Below are positions 26,595 to 38,353 of a DNA stretch of 64,000 nucleotides, one piece after another. Both the position numbers and the translations under genes were made by a program. This DNA is from Arenimonas sp. SCN 70-307 (GTDB taxonomy: Bacteria > Pseudomonadota > Gammaproteobacteria > Xanthomonadales > Xanthomonadaceae), in the NCBI RefSeq assembly GCF_001724815.1, contig NZ_MEDO01000011.1, positions 2,059 through 66,058 on the forward strand, written 5' to 3'. Each line of letters opens with the position of its first letter. Within the stretch, counting starts at the first letter, position 1. The notes under the pieces were generated by a model. The model had not been told where the DNA came from, did no database searches, and was given only the letters and a program-made list of their open reading frames with translations.

Positions 26595-28725
26595 TCAGCC
26601 AGCCGAGAGCTGTTCCACCGCCGCCACCGCCGCGAAGCGGTCGGCGATGAGCTTGAGCAGGGCCAGGCGGTTGTCGCGCACCGCCGGGTCTTCGGCCATC
26701 ACCAGGGTGCGCTCGAAGAAGTTGTCCACCGGCAGCTGCAGGGCCGCGAGGCGCTTGAGCGTGGCCACGTAGTCGCGCTGGGCCAGCAGCGGGTCGGTGT
26801 CGGCCAGCGCGGCGGCCAGCGCGGCGTTGAGCGCCTGCTCGGCCGGCTCGGCCAGCTTCCGCGGGTCAACCTGCGCCGGGATCGGCGTTTCGACCTTGCG
26901 CAGGATGTTGCGGATGCGCTTGTTGGCGGCAGCCAGCGAGGACGCCTCGCGCAGGCGGGCGAACTCGGCGATGGCCTTCAGGCGCTTGTCGAAGTCCACC
27001 AGCGAGCCCGGGCGCACCTCGGCCACGGCGTCGAACTGCGTGGCCGGCACGCCCTGCTCGGCGTAGTAGCCGCGCAGGCGGTCGATGATGAACTCCTGCA
27101 GGTGGCTGCCGGAGAACATGTCTTCGGGCGTCGGCTTGCCGCCAGTGCCGGCGTCCGCACCGATCCGTTCGACATCCTTCCGGACGAGCCCGATGGCACG
27201 GTCGATCCACGGGAGCAGGTCGAGGTCCAGGCCGCCTTCGATGAGGGTGCGGGCCAGGCCCAGCGCGTTGCGGCGCAGGGCGAAGGGATCCTTGTTGCCG
27301 GTGGGCTTGAGGCCCGCGGCGAAACCACCGGCCAGCGTGTCCAGGCGCTCGGCGATGGCCAGCACGCGACCCAGCGGCGAGGGCGCGATGGCGTCGCCGG
27401 CGAAACGCGGCATGTAGGCCTCGTCGATGGCGGCGGCCACGGTGGGCAGCTCGCCCGCGGCGACGGCGTAGTAGCGGCCCGCGGTGCCCTGCAGCTCGGG
27501 GAACTCGCCCACCAGGCGGCTGAGCAGGTCGGCCTTGGCCAGGCTGGCGGCCCGGTCGGCATCGGCCGGCGCCACGCCGGCCGGGCTGGCCAGCTCCCGG
27601 GCGAGCGTCGCGACGCGCTGGCACTTGTCGTCGAGCGTACCCAGCTTCTGCTGGTAGGTGACGGTGCGCAGGCCCTGCGCCATCGCCGGCAGGCCCTGCT
27701 TGAGGTCCTCGTCGCAGAAGAAGGCGGCGTCGGCGAAGCGCGGGCGGATCACGCGCTCGTAGCCCTTGCGCACTTCGGCCGGGTCCTTGGACTCGATGTT
27801 GGCGATGCCGATGAACTTCTCGCTGAGCTTGCCCTCGGCGTCGAGCACCGGGAAGAACTTCTGGTTGGTTTCCATCGTCAGCACCAGCGCTTCCTGCGGT
27901 ACGCGCAGGAACTCGCGCCCGAAGCTGCAGACGATGGCCTTGGGCCACTCGACCAGGCAGTTGACCTCCTCGAGCAGCGCCTCGGGCACGCGTGCCTGGC
28001 CGCCGGCTTCCTTCGCGGCGGCGGCGATCTCGGCGCGGATGCGCTGGCGGCGCTCGCGCGGATCGACCAGCACCTTCGCCTCGCGCAGGGCCTGCACGTA
28101 TTCGCCGGCTTCGTTGAGCCACACGCCCTTGGCGTGGTGGAAGCGATGGCCGCGGCTCATGCGGTCGGACTTCAGGCCCAGTACCTCGCCGGGCGCCACG
28201 TCGCGGCCGAGCAGGATGACCAGCCAGTGCGCCGGGCGCACGAAGCTGATGTCGCGGTCGCCCCAGCGCATCGGCTTGGGCACCGGCAGCGCCTTGAGCG
28301 CCTCGGCGGTGATCTCGGCCAGCAGCTCGGCGGTGGCGGCACCCGGCCGCGAGGAGCGCGCCACGAAGCGCATGCCCTTGGCGTCGGTGACGCGGTCGAG
28401 CTTCTCCCACTCGATGCCGTTCTTCTGCGCGAAGCCCAGCAGGGCCGGGGTCGGCTTGCCCTCGGCGTCCAGGCCGATGTTGGTGTACGGGCCCGGCACC
28501 TCGCTGTGCTGCACGGGTTGCTGGGTGGCCACGGCCGGCAGGTACACGGCCAGGCGGCGCGGGCTGTAGAGCGGGCCGGCGGGCAGTTCGCCCGTGCCTT
28601 CGCGCACTTCGATGCGGCGCGCGGCCAGGCCCTTGAGCACGCCGTCGTGGAAGGCCTGGGCCAGCTCGGGCAGGGCCTTGGGCGGCAGCTCCTCGGTGCC
28701 CAGTTCGATCAGCAGCGGCAGGAAA

Positions 28726-28733
<8 letters not shown>
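26595..28733 (-). CDS. glyS: glycine--tRNA ligase beta subunit
   Basis: [22 protein letters not shown]-terminus; 712 aa. Overlaps the glyQ stop. Confidence 0.92.
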
Positions 28734-29640
<907 letters not shown>

Positions 29641-29709
29641 CGCGGTTTCGCCCTGCCTAAAGCGCGCTAGTATAGCCGCGGCCCGCGCCACCGCCCCTCC
29701 AGCGCCCGC

Positions 29710-30438
29710 ATGAAACCCTTCCTGCTCATCGAAACCGGCGACCCGCTGCCCAGCCTGCGTCGCCATGGTGGCTTCGGCCACTGGATCCGCGTCGCCGCCG
29801 GCCTGCACGGCCGCGAGGTGCGCCATGCCCGCGTGCTCGACGGCGAGCCGCTCCCTTCCGCCGGGGGCCTGGCCGGCGTGCTGGTCTCGGGCTCGGGCGC
29901 GATGGTCACCGAGCGCCTGGACTGGTCCGAACGCACCGCCGCCTGGCTGCGCGAGGCCGCCGACGCGGGCCTGCCGCTGCTGGGCATCTGCTACGGCCAC
30001 CAGCTGCTGGCCGACGCGCTCGGCGGCCAGGTGGACTACAACCCGCGCGGCCGCGAAATGGGCACGGTGGAGCTGGAGTTGGCCGACGCGGCCGCCACCG
30101 ACCCGCTGTTCACCGGCCTGCCGTCCACGCTGCCGGCCCACGCCACCCACCTGCAGACCGTGCTGGCGCCGCCGCCGGGTGCGACGGTGCTGGCGCGTTC
30201 GTCGCTCGACGACTGCCAGGCCTTCCGCTGGGGCGAAGCCACCTGGGGCGTGCAGTTCCATCCCGAGTTCAGCACCGGCATGATGCGGGGGTACATCCAC
30301 GGCCGCGCCGACGCGCTCGATCGCGAGGGCCTGTGCCACCGCAGCCTGCTCAAGGCGGTACGGCCGGCGCCGCTGGCCCGACGCGTGCTGCGCCGTTTCG
30401 TCCACCAGGCGCGCCGGCGCGCCCACCACGGAGCCTGA
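29710..30438 (+). CDS. class I glutamine amidotransferase-like protein
   Basis: [10 protein letters not shown] nucleophile-elbow motif; 242 aa. Confidence 0.7.
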   Translation: MKPFLLIETGDPLPSLRRHGGFGHWIRVAAGLHGREVRHARVLDGEPLPSAGGLAGVLVSGSGAMVTERLDWSERTAAWLREAADAGLPLLGICYGHQLLADALGGQVDYNPRGREMGTVELELADAAATDPLFTGLPSTLPAHATHLQTVLAPPPGATVLARSSLDDCQAFRWGEATWGVQFHPEFSTGMMRGYIHGRADALDREGLCHRSLLKAVRPAPLARRVLRRFVHQARRRAHHGA

Positions 30439-30442
30439 CCGA

Positions 30443-31366
30443 ATGACCCCGAACACCGTCGACATGGCCGCGCCCTTCCGCTGGCTGGCCCGCGCCTTCG
30501 ACGTGGGCCGCCGCAATCCGAAGGCGCTGTTCGGCGCGCTCGCGCTGGTGCTGGCGGTGGTGTTCGCGCTCGCGATCGTGCAGACGGTCATGCAGGCCGG
30601 CGCGGCGGGCAACGTGACGGGCCTTGCGGTGGTGATGGCGCTGGGCACGGTGATCAGCTGGCTGGTGGTGCCTCCCCTGTTCGGCGGCATGTTCCGCGTG
30701 CTCGACGCGGTCGAACGCGGCCGTCCGGTGGTGTCCACGGACGTCTTCAACGCCTACGGGCAAGGGCAGGGCGGCAAGCGCCTGGTGCTGACCAACCTGG
30801 TTTATTCACTGGCCTACATGGCGGTGCTGGCGCTGTTCCTGCTGACCTCGCTGGGGCAGTTCTTCCGCGAGTACTTCACGATCATCATGGCCACGCCGGT
30901 GGGCGCCGAGCCGGACCAGGCGGCGCTGATCGCGCTGATGCAGGCCACGCCGCCGACGGCCTTCCTCTGGATGCCGGTGCTGGCGGTGGTGGTCGTCGCC
31001 TGGCTGCACGCGTCGATGCTGGCGCAGGCCACGGCGGCGCTGCGCGAGGCCAGCGTGGCCGAGTGCGTGGTGGCCGGGCTGCTGGCGATGCTGCGCAATG
31101 TCCTGCCGCTGCTGGTCTTCTCGCTGGCCATGACGATCGCCGGCTTCGTGCTGGTCCTGCTGCTGTTCCTGCTCGTCGGGCTGGTGATCGGGCTGCTGTC
31201 GCTGCTCAGCCCGCTGCTGGGCATGGTGGTGATCCTGCCCGTCATGGGCATCACGATGCTGGCGACCTACGCGCTGATGTTCGGCTTCTACTACCACGCC
31301 TGGCGCGGCATCTTCGACGACGAGCCCGAAGCGACCCCGGCGGTTCCGGGCGAAATCGCGGTCTGA
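30443..31366 (+). CDS. polytopic membrane protein (hypothetical)
   Basis: Six or more hydrophobic segments. It starts 4 nt after the upstream stop. Confidence 0.55.
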   Translation: MTPNTVDMAAPFRWLARAFDVGRRNPKALFGALALVLAVVFALAIVQTVMQAGAAGNVTGLAVVMALGTVISWLVVPPLFGGMFRVLDAVERGRPVVSTDVFNAYGQGQGGKRLVLTNLVYSLAYMAVLALFLLTSLGQFFREYFTIIMATPVGAEPDQAALIALMQATPPTAFLWMPVLAVVVVAWLHASMLAQATAALREASVAECVVAGLLAMLRNVLPLLVFSLAMTIAGFVLVLLLFLLVGLVIGLLSLLSPLLGMVVILPVMGITMLATYALMFGFYYHAWRGIFDDEPEATPAVPGEIAV

Positions 31367-31369
31367 TCC

Positions 31370-32065
31370 CTACGCGGCGGCGCCCAGTACTTCCGCGAGG
31401 AGCAGGGCGTAGCTGGTGACGACGATGGCCACGGCGGCGGCCAGGGCGATGCCCTGGGCCCAGAGCCAGCGGCGGGCCCAGCGGGGCATCGGGTCGCCGG
31501 CGTCGGGGGCGAGCACGACGCGGGTGCCGGCGATGAGGTCGTGCAGGGCGCGGCGTTCCTTCGTCCAGCCGGCGAGGGCATGGCCCAGGTGCAGCATCAG
31601 CCAGGAGGGCACGCCGGCGACGAAGCGCAGCACCACCCGCCAGGGCGCCGGCCGGCCGCCGTCGAGGGCGGTGACGCGCAGGCCGGCCAGGCGCTTGCCG
31701 GGCGTGGCCTGCCAGCGCGAGGCCTCGAAACCGACGAACCACAGCGCCGAGAGCGCGAAGAGCACGGCGGCGGCAATCGCCAGGCCGTGCAGCCAGGTGG
31801 CCACCAGCGCCAGCACGCCCTCGCGCAGCACCGGGTCGCCGGACCAGGCGAGGAGCTGGCCCAGCGGGTCGGCCGCGTCGGCGCCGCCGGCGAGGGCGGC
31901 GTCCATCAGCTCGAAGAGCCGGAACTGCACTTGTTGCATCGCCGCGTCGGTGCCGGCGAGCACGCGTGCGCCGGTGCCCCAGAGCAGGGGCACCGAGACC
32001 GCCAGCGGCACCAGTACGTCGAGGCTGTAGGCCGCGTAGCGGCGCCAGAAGCCGGCCGGGCGCAT
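31370..32065 (-). CDS. RDD family membrane protein
   Basis: FWRRYAAYSLD.. and ..TPGKRLAGLRV..RRALHDLIAGTRVV. Confidence 0.7.
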   Translation of the reverse strand: MRPAGFWRRYAAYSLDVLVPLAVSVPLLWGTGARVLAGTDAAMQQVQFRLFELMDAALAGGADAADPLGQLLAWSGDPVLREGVLALVATWLHGLAIAAAVLFALSALWFVGFEASRWQATPGKRLAGLRVTALDGGRPAPWRVVLRFVAGVPSWLMLHLGHALAGWTKERRALHDLIAGTRVVLAPDAGDPMPRWARRWLWAQGIALAAAVAIVVTSYALLLAEVLGAAA

Positions 32066-32066
32066 C

Positions 32067-32807
32067 TCAGCCCGCGGCCGGCGCCGGCCGCTTGAGCAGG
32101 GCGCCGGCGATGATGCCCAGCTCGTAGAGCAGGCACATCGGGATGGCCAGCATCAGCTGCGAGATCACGTCCGGCGGCGTGATGATGGCCGCCAGGATGA
32201 ACACGCCGACGATGACGTAGCCGCGCGCCTCGCGCAGCTGCGCCGGCGTCACCAGGCCCAGCAGCACCAGCACCACCACCGCCACCGGCAGCTCGAAGCT
32301 CAGGCCGAAGGCGAGGAAGATGACGAGCACGAAGTCGAGGTAGCGGCTGATGTCGGTCATCATCGCCACGCCCTCGGGCGTGATCGCAGTGAGGAAACCG
32401 AACACCGCCGGCAGCACCAGGAAGTAGGCGAAGGCGCAGCCGATGTAGAACAGCAGCACCGCCGCCACCAGCAGCGGCCGCGCCATGCGCTTTTCCTGCT
32501 GGTACAGGCCCGGCGCGACGAAGGCCCAGGCCTGGTAGATGAGCACGGGCATCGCCAGCATCACCGCGCAGAAGAAGGCCAGCTTCACCGGCGTGAAAAA
32601 GGGCGAGGCCACCTCGATGGCCACCAGCTGGCCGCCGGCCGGCAGCTTCGACAGCAGCGGCGCGGCCAGCTGGGCGTAGATGCGGTTGGCAAAGGGCATC
32701 AGCGCCGCGAACACCAGCAGCACCGCCACCACGCCCTTGAGCAGGCGCGAGCGCAGCTCGAGCAGGTGGCCCATCAGGGTTTCGGGCTGGCCGGGGCTGA
32801 AGCTCAC
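32067..32807 (-). CDS. tatC: twin-arginine translocase subunit TatC
   Basis: MGHLLELRSRLLK.. N-terminus; 6 TM segments. Confidence 0.92.
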   Translation of the reverse strand: MSFSPGQPETLMGHLLELRSRLLKGVVAVLLVFAALMPFANRIYAQLAAPLLSKLPAGGQLVAIEVASPFFTPVKLAFFCAVMLAMPVLIYQAWAFVAPGLYQQEKRMARPLLVAAVLLFYIGCAFAYFLVLPAVFGFLTAITPEGVAMMTDISRYLDFVLVIFLAFGLSFELPVAVVVLVLLGLVTPAQLREARGYVIVGVFILAAIITPPDVISQLMLAIPMCLLYELGIIAGALLKRPAPAAG

Positions 32808-33184
32808 GGCTTGGGCGCCTCGTCGGTCGGCGCGGGCGGCGCGGGCTCGGCCCCCACGGCCGGCGTGGTGGCCGCGTCCGGGGCGGGCCGGGGCGACTCG
32901 AGGTCGCGCAGGGCTTCGGCAGCGCTGCGGCTGGTGTCGTCGAGCTCGCGCCTGAGCTCATCGGCCTGCTTGCGCAGGTCGCGGGCCGGGTCGGAGATGG
33001 CCTTGCGCAGGTCCTCGTCGGCCAGCTCGCGCTCGAACTCGGACTTCACCGAATACCACTGCGCGCGCGCCTTGCGCACCCACAGCCCGGCAAAGCGTGC
33101 GGCCCGCGGCAGGCGCTCGGGGCCGAGCACCACCAGGGCGACCACGCCGATCACCAGCAGTTCGCTGAAGCTGAGGTCGAACAT
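32804..33184 (-). CDS. tatB: twin-arginine translocase subunit TatB
   Basis: MFDLSFSELLVIGVVALVVLGPERLP. Confidence 0.9.
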   Translation of the reverse strand: MFDLSFSELLVIGVVALVVLGPERLPRAARFAGLWVRKARAQWYSVKSEFERELADEDLRKAISDPARDLRKQADELRRELDDTSRSAAEALRDLESPRPAPDAATTPAVGAEPAPPAPTDEAPKP

Positions 33185-33213
33185 GCGCCGTCAGCCGCCC
33201 GCCGGGGCGGGGC

Positions 33214-33444
33214 TCAGGAGTCCTTGCGCTGGCTGTCGCTCGGCGACTCGCTGCGCGGCGCGTCCTGCTCGCGGCGCTCGTTGCCGAGCTGCTGCGGGGG
33301 CTCGTCGCCGTCCTTGAGGCCCTTCTTGAAGCCCTTGATGCCTTCGCCCAGGTCCTTGCCGATGTTGCCGAGCTTCTTGGTCCCGAAGACCAGCACGACC
33401 ACCAGGAGGACGATGAGCCAGTGCCAGATGCTGAAGCTGCCCAT
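33214..33444 (-). CDS. tatA: twin-arginine translocase subunit TatA
   Basis: [25 protein letters not shown]. Confidence 0.9.
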   Translation of the reverse strand: MGSFSIWHWLIVLLVVVLVFGTKKLGNIGKDLGEGIKGFKKGLKDGDEPPQQLGNERREQDAPRSESPSDSQRKDS

Positions 33445-33516
33445 GGTCGTAGTTCCGCGTGTCAGGAGGATGGGCGGAGTCTAGCGCAGCCGGGCCCCGG
33501 CCGCGCCGTCCATCCG

Positions 33517-34206
33517 TCACTGTTTGACGGTGTTTTCCTCGAGGCGGTCGCGGAAGTCGACCACGGTGGAGGGCGGGGGATTGGTGCGGCCCTCGAAGAT
33601 CTGGCGCGGGGTGGTGTTCGGGCCGTAGACGCGCTGGTTGGCGGTGTGGTCCATGCGCAGCACGGTGCCGTCCAGGGCCACGCCGGCGAACAGGCCACGG
33701 GCGCGCGAATAGCTGTAGATCTCGGCCTTGAGCTGCTCGTCGGTGCTGGCCTGGGCGCTGCGGCCCACCGGGCCGGCGGCCACCGAGGCGTCGGCGCCGA
33801 GGGTGAACTTGCCGTTGACGATGTCCTGCACGCCGCGGGCCGAGCGGAAGACCAGGATCACGTCGGCCGACTGCACGCCGGCCTGGAAGCCGAAGCTGCC
33901 GCCGCCGAGCTTGATGTAGCTGGGGTTGGACCAGGTGCCGTCCGGGCTGCGCACCGAGATCAGGCCCTTGCCGCCGCGGCCGCCGATGACCAGGCCGGCC
34001 TTGACCACGTCGGGGATGACGGCGATGGCGTAGGCCTCGGAGAACAGCTTCTCGGGCACGGCCGTTTCGGGGATGCGCATGATCTCGCCCAGCACGCGGG
34101 CGGCGTCGGCGGCGCGGGACTCTTCCTTCTCGCCGGCCTGGGCCGGGGCGACGGGGGCGAGGGCCAGGGCGAGCGCGGCGAGCATCGGGGCCAGGAATCG
34201 GGTCAT
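33517..34206 (-). CDS. SYLF (DUF500) lipid-binding domain protein, exported
   Basis: The signal peptide starts at MTRFLAPML. YSYSRARGLFAGVALDGTVL is the hallmark motif. Confidence 0.75.
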   Translation of the reverse strand: MTRFLAPMLAALALALAPVAPAQAGEKEESRAADAARVLGEIMRIPETAVPEKLFSEAYAIAVIPDVVKAGLVIGGRGGKGLISVRSPDGTWSNPSYIKLGGGSFGFQAGVQSADVILVFRSARGVQDIVNGKFTLGADASVAAGPVGRSAQASTDEQLKAEIYSYSRARGLFAGVALDGTVLRMDHTANQRVYGPNTTPRQIFEGRTNPPPSTVVDFRDRLEENTVKQ

Positions 34207-34325
34207 GGGGCAGTCTCCGTAAGGGCGCGTGGGCCCGAGTATGGCCGCGGGCAATGAACCGCGGGTGAGCCAATCCTTCACTTGCGCGATGATACGTTTA
34301 CGGCAGCCGCCAAGGACAGGTCCGC

Positions 34326-35333
34326 ATGAAGCGCTATCTCGATGCCCCCACGCCCAGCGGCCCGGGCCGCACCGCCCTGCTGGTGGTGAACCTGGGCACG
34401 CCCGACGCGCCCACCGCCGGCGCCGTGCGCCGTTACCTGGCGCAGTTCCTGCACGACCACCGCGTGGTCGAGCTCACGCGCTGGCTGTGGTGCCCGCTGC
34501 TGCACTTCATCATCCTGCCGCTGCGTTCGCCGCGGGTGGCGCGCAACTACGCCTCGATCTGGATGGACGAGGGCTCGCCGCTGCTGGTGCACTCGCGCCG
34601 GCTGGCCAAGGCCATGCAGCATGCCCTGCCCGACGTGCAGGTGCGCGTGGCCATGCGCTACGGCAACCCGTCCATCCCCGACGTGCTGCGCAGGCTGCAG
34701 GACGAGGGCATGGAGCGGCTGCTGGTGCTGCCGCTGTACCCGCAGTATTCGGCCAGCACCTCGGGTTCCGTGCTCGATGCGGTGGCGAAGGAGATCACCG
34801 GCTGGCGCCGCACGCCCGACCTGCGTTTCATCGCCGACTACCACGTCGACCCGGCCTGGCTCGACGCGCTCGAGGCCCGCGTGCGCGCGCACTGGGACCT
34901 GCACGGCCGCGCCGACCAGCTGGTGATGAGCTTCCACGGCCTGCCCAAGCGCTACGAAAAAGCCGGCGACCCGTATCCCCGCCAGTGCGAGGCGGGTGCG
35001 CGTGCCCTGGCCGCGCGACTGGGCCTGGGCGAGAAGGAGTGGCGGCTGACCTACCAGTCGCGCTTCGGCCGCGAGGAATGGCTGCAGCCCTACACCGACA
35101 AGAGCCTCGAGGCGATGGCGCGCGAAGGCGTGAAGACCGTGGACGTGATCTGCCCGGGCTTCGCCGCCGACTGCCTGGAGACCCTGGAGGAAATCGCCGT
35201 CGAGAACGACGAGGTCTTCCGCGGGGCCGGCGGCCAGGAGCTGCGCTACATCAGCGCGCTCAACGACGAACCCGGCCACGTGGCGGCGCTGTCGGCGCTG
35301 GCGCGGCGACACCTGCAGGGCTGGCCGCACTGA
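34326..35333 (+). CDS. hemH: ferrochelatase
   Basis: LLVVNLGTPDAPT.., LPLYPQYSASTSGS, and C-terminal similarity. Confidence 0.92.
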   Translation: MKRYLDAPTPSGPGRTALLVVNLGTPDAPTAGAVRRYLAQFLHDHRVVELTRWLWCPLLHFIILPLRSPRVARNYASIWMDEGSPLLVHSRRLAKAMQHALPDVQVRVAMRYGNPSIPDVLRRLQDEGMERLLVLPLYPQYSASTSGSVLDAVAKEITGWRRTPDLRFIADYHVDPAWLDALEARVRAHWDLHGRADQLVMSFHGLPKRYEKAGDPYPRQCEAGARALAARLGLGEKEWRLTYQSRFGREEWLQPYTDKSLEAMAREGVKTVDVICPGFAADCLETLEEIAVENDEVFRGAGGQELRYISALNDEPGHVAALSALARRHLQGWPH

Positions 35334-36175
35334 TGCACGCGCTGCGCCTGGACACCGCCCGCGGCGCGCTGGCGGCGCTGCGCGGTGGCGATCCGTCGGG
35401 CCCGAAGCTGCTGTGCCTGCACGGCTGGCTCGACAACGCCGCCAGCTTCCAGCCGCTGATGCCCTGGCTGGCCGGGTTCGACGTGGTGGCGCTCGACCTG
35501 CCTGGCCACGGCCATTCCGACCACCGCCCGCCGGGCTGCGACTACGCCTTCGCCGACTGGCTGCACGACGTGCTCGATGCGCTTGACGCCCTGGGCTGGG
35601 ACCAGGCCGACCTGCTGGGCCATTCCATGGGTGGCGCCATCGCCAGCTTCGTGGCCGCGGCCGCGCCGGCGCGGGTGCGGCGGCTGGCGCTGGTGGAAGC
35701 GCTGGGCCCGATTTCCGGCGACCCCGCCAGGGCCGGCGAGCGCCTGCGCGAGGCGGTGCGCGCGCGCCGTGCCAAGGCCGAGCGCCCCGCGCGCGTGATC
35801 GCCGACGTGGACACGGCCGTGGCCGCGCGCCTGGCCGTCACGAGCATGGCGCCGGAAGCGGCGCGGCTGATCGTCGAACGCAACCTGCGCAGCGTGCCGG
35901 GCGGTTTCGCCTGGCGCAGCGACCCGCGCCTGACCCTGCCGGGCCACGTGCGCATGGACGAAACCTCGGTGCAGGCCGTGCTGTCCGCCATCGAGGCGCC
36001 GGTGCTGGTGGTGGCGGCCGACCCGGCGCCGCCCTACTTCCCGCCCGAAGTGCGCACGGCGCGGCTGGCCTGCCTGCGCGAGGCGCGCGTGGTGGTGTTG
36101 CCCGGCAGCCACCACCTGCACATGGAGCAGCCCGGCGAGGTGGCGCCGCCGCTGCTCGACTTCCTGCGCGGCTAG
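35333..36175 (+). CDS. alpha/beta hydrolase
   Basis: TGATG overlap with hemH; GHSMGG nucleophile elbow. Confidence 0.8.
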   Translation: MHALRLDTARGALAALRGGDPSGPKLLCLHGWLDNAASFQPLMPWLAGFDVVALDLPGHGHSDHRPPGCDYAFADWLHDVLDALDALGWDQADLLGHSMGGAIASFVAAAAPARVRRLALVEALGPISGDPARAGERLREAVRARRAKAERPARVIADVDTAVAARLAVTSMAPEAARLIVERNLRSVPGGFAWRSDPRLTLPGHVRMDETSVQAVLSAIEAPVLVVAADPAPPYFPPEVRTARLACLREARVVVLPGSHHLHMEQPGEVAPPLLDFLRG

Positions 36176-36696
36176 TCGCCGGCCGGGCGCAAGCTCAGCG
36201 ACACGGCGGTGCCGCCGTCGGCTTCGGCGGTGAAGGTGGCTTCCAGCAGGCGCGAATCCTTGCGCAGGCCCAGCGACCGCACCGGCGCCAGTTCGATCGC
36301 TTCGGCTTCCTGCCAGCCGCGCGTGCGCTGCGCGGCGCGGAACTCATCGAACAGCAGGCTGGCGCTGCGCGGGCTGCGCAGGCCCACCGACACGGCATCG
36401 CCCAGGGTGGTGTAGGCCTGTACGCGGGCATCGGCCGGCAGCTGCACATCGTCGGGGAAGCCTGGCGGCAGCGCCAGGTCGACGCCGCTGGTGGCGGTGT
36501 AGAGGCCGTCCTCGGTTTCGAGGGTGACGATGTGTTCGTCGTGGGCGGGTGCTTCGGCCGTGGGCGCCACGGGCTCGCCGGTGGCTTCGATGGCGCGCTC
36601 CACCAGGGCGCTGTTGCGCGCCTCGTCGCGCCCGCAGGCGGTGGCCAGCAGGGCGGGCAGCAGCAGGGCCGGCAGGAGGGAGACGCGGTGGGCCAC
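36172..36696 (-). CDS. probable lipoprotein (hypothetical)
   Basis: Signal/lipobox-like LLATAC. Confidence 0.5.
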   Translation of the reverse strand: MAHRVSLLPALLLPALLATACGRDEARNSALVERAIEATGEPVAPTAEAPAHDEHIVTLETEDGLYTATSGVDLALPPGFPDDVQLPADARVQAYTTLGDAVSVGLRSPRSASLLFDEFRAAQRTRGWQEAEAIELAPVRSLGLRKDSRLLEATFTAEADGGTAVSLSLRPAGD

Positions 36697-36717
36697 GGCG
36701 GGCTCCCCGGAGGGGGT

Positions 36718-37458
36718 TCAACGGGTCAAACGCGCCAGTGTCGATTTCAAGGCCAGCCCCTCGCCGCGCAGGTAGTCGCGCTCGTCGCGCCAGCCGGGCC
36801 AGCGCGCCTCGACCTCGCGCCAGAAGCGGCGCGAGTGGTCGGCGTGCACCAGGTGGCACAGCTCGTGCACCAGCACGTACTCGAAGGCGGCCGGGCGGCC
36901 GAGCACGAGCGCCAGGTCGAGTGAGACCGCGTCGGAGGGGCTGAGCGAGCCCCAGAGCGAACTCAGCGGGCGGATGCGCAGGGCCATCGGCGTGCGCGGC
37001 AGGCCGGGCAGGTAGCGCGGCAGCCAGGCGCCGAGGTCGGTGCGGGCCTGCTGCAGGTAGAACTCGCGCAGCGCAGCGCGGGCGCGGGCGTCGTCGGCGC
37101 CTGCCGGCAGCTGCAGCTCGATGCCGTGCTCGCCGAGGGCGGCGCGGGCGTAGCGGCCTTCGCGCCACTGCACCGGCACGTCCTGGCCGCGCAGCGGCAG
37201 CGGCCCGGTCCAGTCGCGGCCGAAGCGTGGCGCGTCGTCGTGGCGCTGGCGCGCGAGCTGCGCGGCCAGCCAGTCGCGGTGCTCGTGCAGGAAAGCCTCG
37301 GCGCCGCGCACCGAGGCCACCAGCGGCAGCGTCAGCCGAGCGCCCTTGTCCGAGACGATCAGCCGCAGCCGGCGCGCACGCCGGTCGCGCACCCAGCGCA
37401 CCGGCACCTCGCGGCCGTCGGCCAGCGCCAGCGGGCGGATTTCAGGCGTCGGCAGCAC
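36718..37458 (-). CDS. YgjP-like M48-family metallohydrolase (DUF45)
   Basis: HELCHLVHADHSRRFW motif near the C-terminus. Confidence 0.8.
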   Translation of the reverse strand: MLPTPEIRPLALADGREVPVRWVRDRRARRLRLIVSDKGARLTLPLVASVRGAEAFLHEHRDWLAAQLARQRHDDAPRFGRDWTGPLPLRGQDVPVQWREGRYARAALGEHGIELQLPAGADDARARAALREFYLQQARTDLGAWLPRYLPGLPRTPMALRIRPLSSLWGSLSPSDAVSLDLALVLGRPAAFEYVLVHELCHLVHADHSRRFWREVEARWPGWRDERDYLRGEGLALKSTLARLTR

Positions 37459-38353
37459 TGAACTTCAGCGCGCCGTCGAGCACGGCGAACAGCCGCTTGA
37501 GCTCGCCGGCCATCAGCGCATAGCGGGCGTCGAGCTCGGCGTGCACGCCGTCGGTTTCGGTGCCCTCGAGCTGGTCGACGGCGCCGTCGAGGAACTTGAG
37601 CTTGCGGATGACGAGGTCTTCGCCGAGCACGAAGCCGACGTGGTCGTCGAGCACCAGGGCCAGGCGCGTGGCCTGCTTGCCGGCCTCGAGGTGGCGGCGG
37701 ATTTCCTCGGCCTGCAGCTCGTGGCGGCTGCAGCGCACCACGCCGCCGCCGTCCACGGGATCCTTGAGCTCGCACTCGTCGCCCAGGCTCAGGCCGCCGG
37801 GCAGCGGTTCGCCGGCCAGCCAGCCGGTCATCAGCGCGCGCACCGAGGTCTCGGCGTTGAGAGGCAGGGCCGGGAAGCTGCCCAGGGCGTGGCGCAGCTC
37901 GGACACGAGGTTCTCGGCGGTCTTGCGCGAGCTGGTGTCCACGGCGATGAAGCCGTGCTCGAGGTCGAGCGTGGCGCTGCAGCGCACCGGGCGCACGAAG
38001 GCGCGCGGCAGCAGCTCCATCACCACGTCTTCCTTCAGGCGCTTGCGGGCGCGGCCGCCCAGGCGCCGGCCTTCCTTCTCCTCGATCTCGGCCAGCTTGC
38101 GGCCCAGCTGGTCGTTGACCACGGCCGAGGGCAGCAGGCGGTCCTCGCCGCCGAGCGTGACCCAGATGGCGTCGCCGATGCGGTGGCTCATCAGCTGGGC
38201 GTCGCGGCCCATCGGCGGGATGAAGCCGCGCGACATCAGCTCGCTGGGGCCCACCGGCTTGAGCCGGCACTCCTCCAGGCGGGCGTCGAGGTCATCGAGG
38301 GTCTTGCCAAGGGACGTCGGGAAGCGGAAGAACGTGAGGTTGCGAAAGAACAT
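37442..38353 (-). CDS. rdgC: recombination-associated protein RdgC
   Basis: [12 protein letters not shown].. N-terminus; 303 aa. The track ORF extension to 38866 is spurious. Confidence 0.9.
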   Translation of the reverse strand: MFFRNLTFFRFPTSLGKTLDDLDARLEECRLKPVGPSELMSRGFIPPMGRDAQLMSHRIGDAIWVTLGGEDRLLPSAVVNDQLGRKLAEIEEKEGRRLGGRARKRLKEDVVMELLPRAFVRPVRCSATLDLEHGFIAVDTSSRKTAENLVSELRHALGSFPALPLNAETSVRALMTGWLAGEPLPGGLSLGDECELKDPVDGGGVVRCSRHELQAEEIRRHLEAGKQATRLALVLDDHVGFVLGEDLVIRKLKFLDGAVDQLEGTETDGVHAELDARYALMAGELKRLFAVLDGALKFSAADA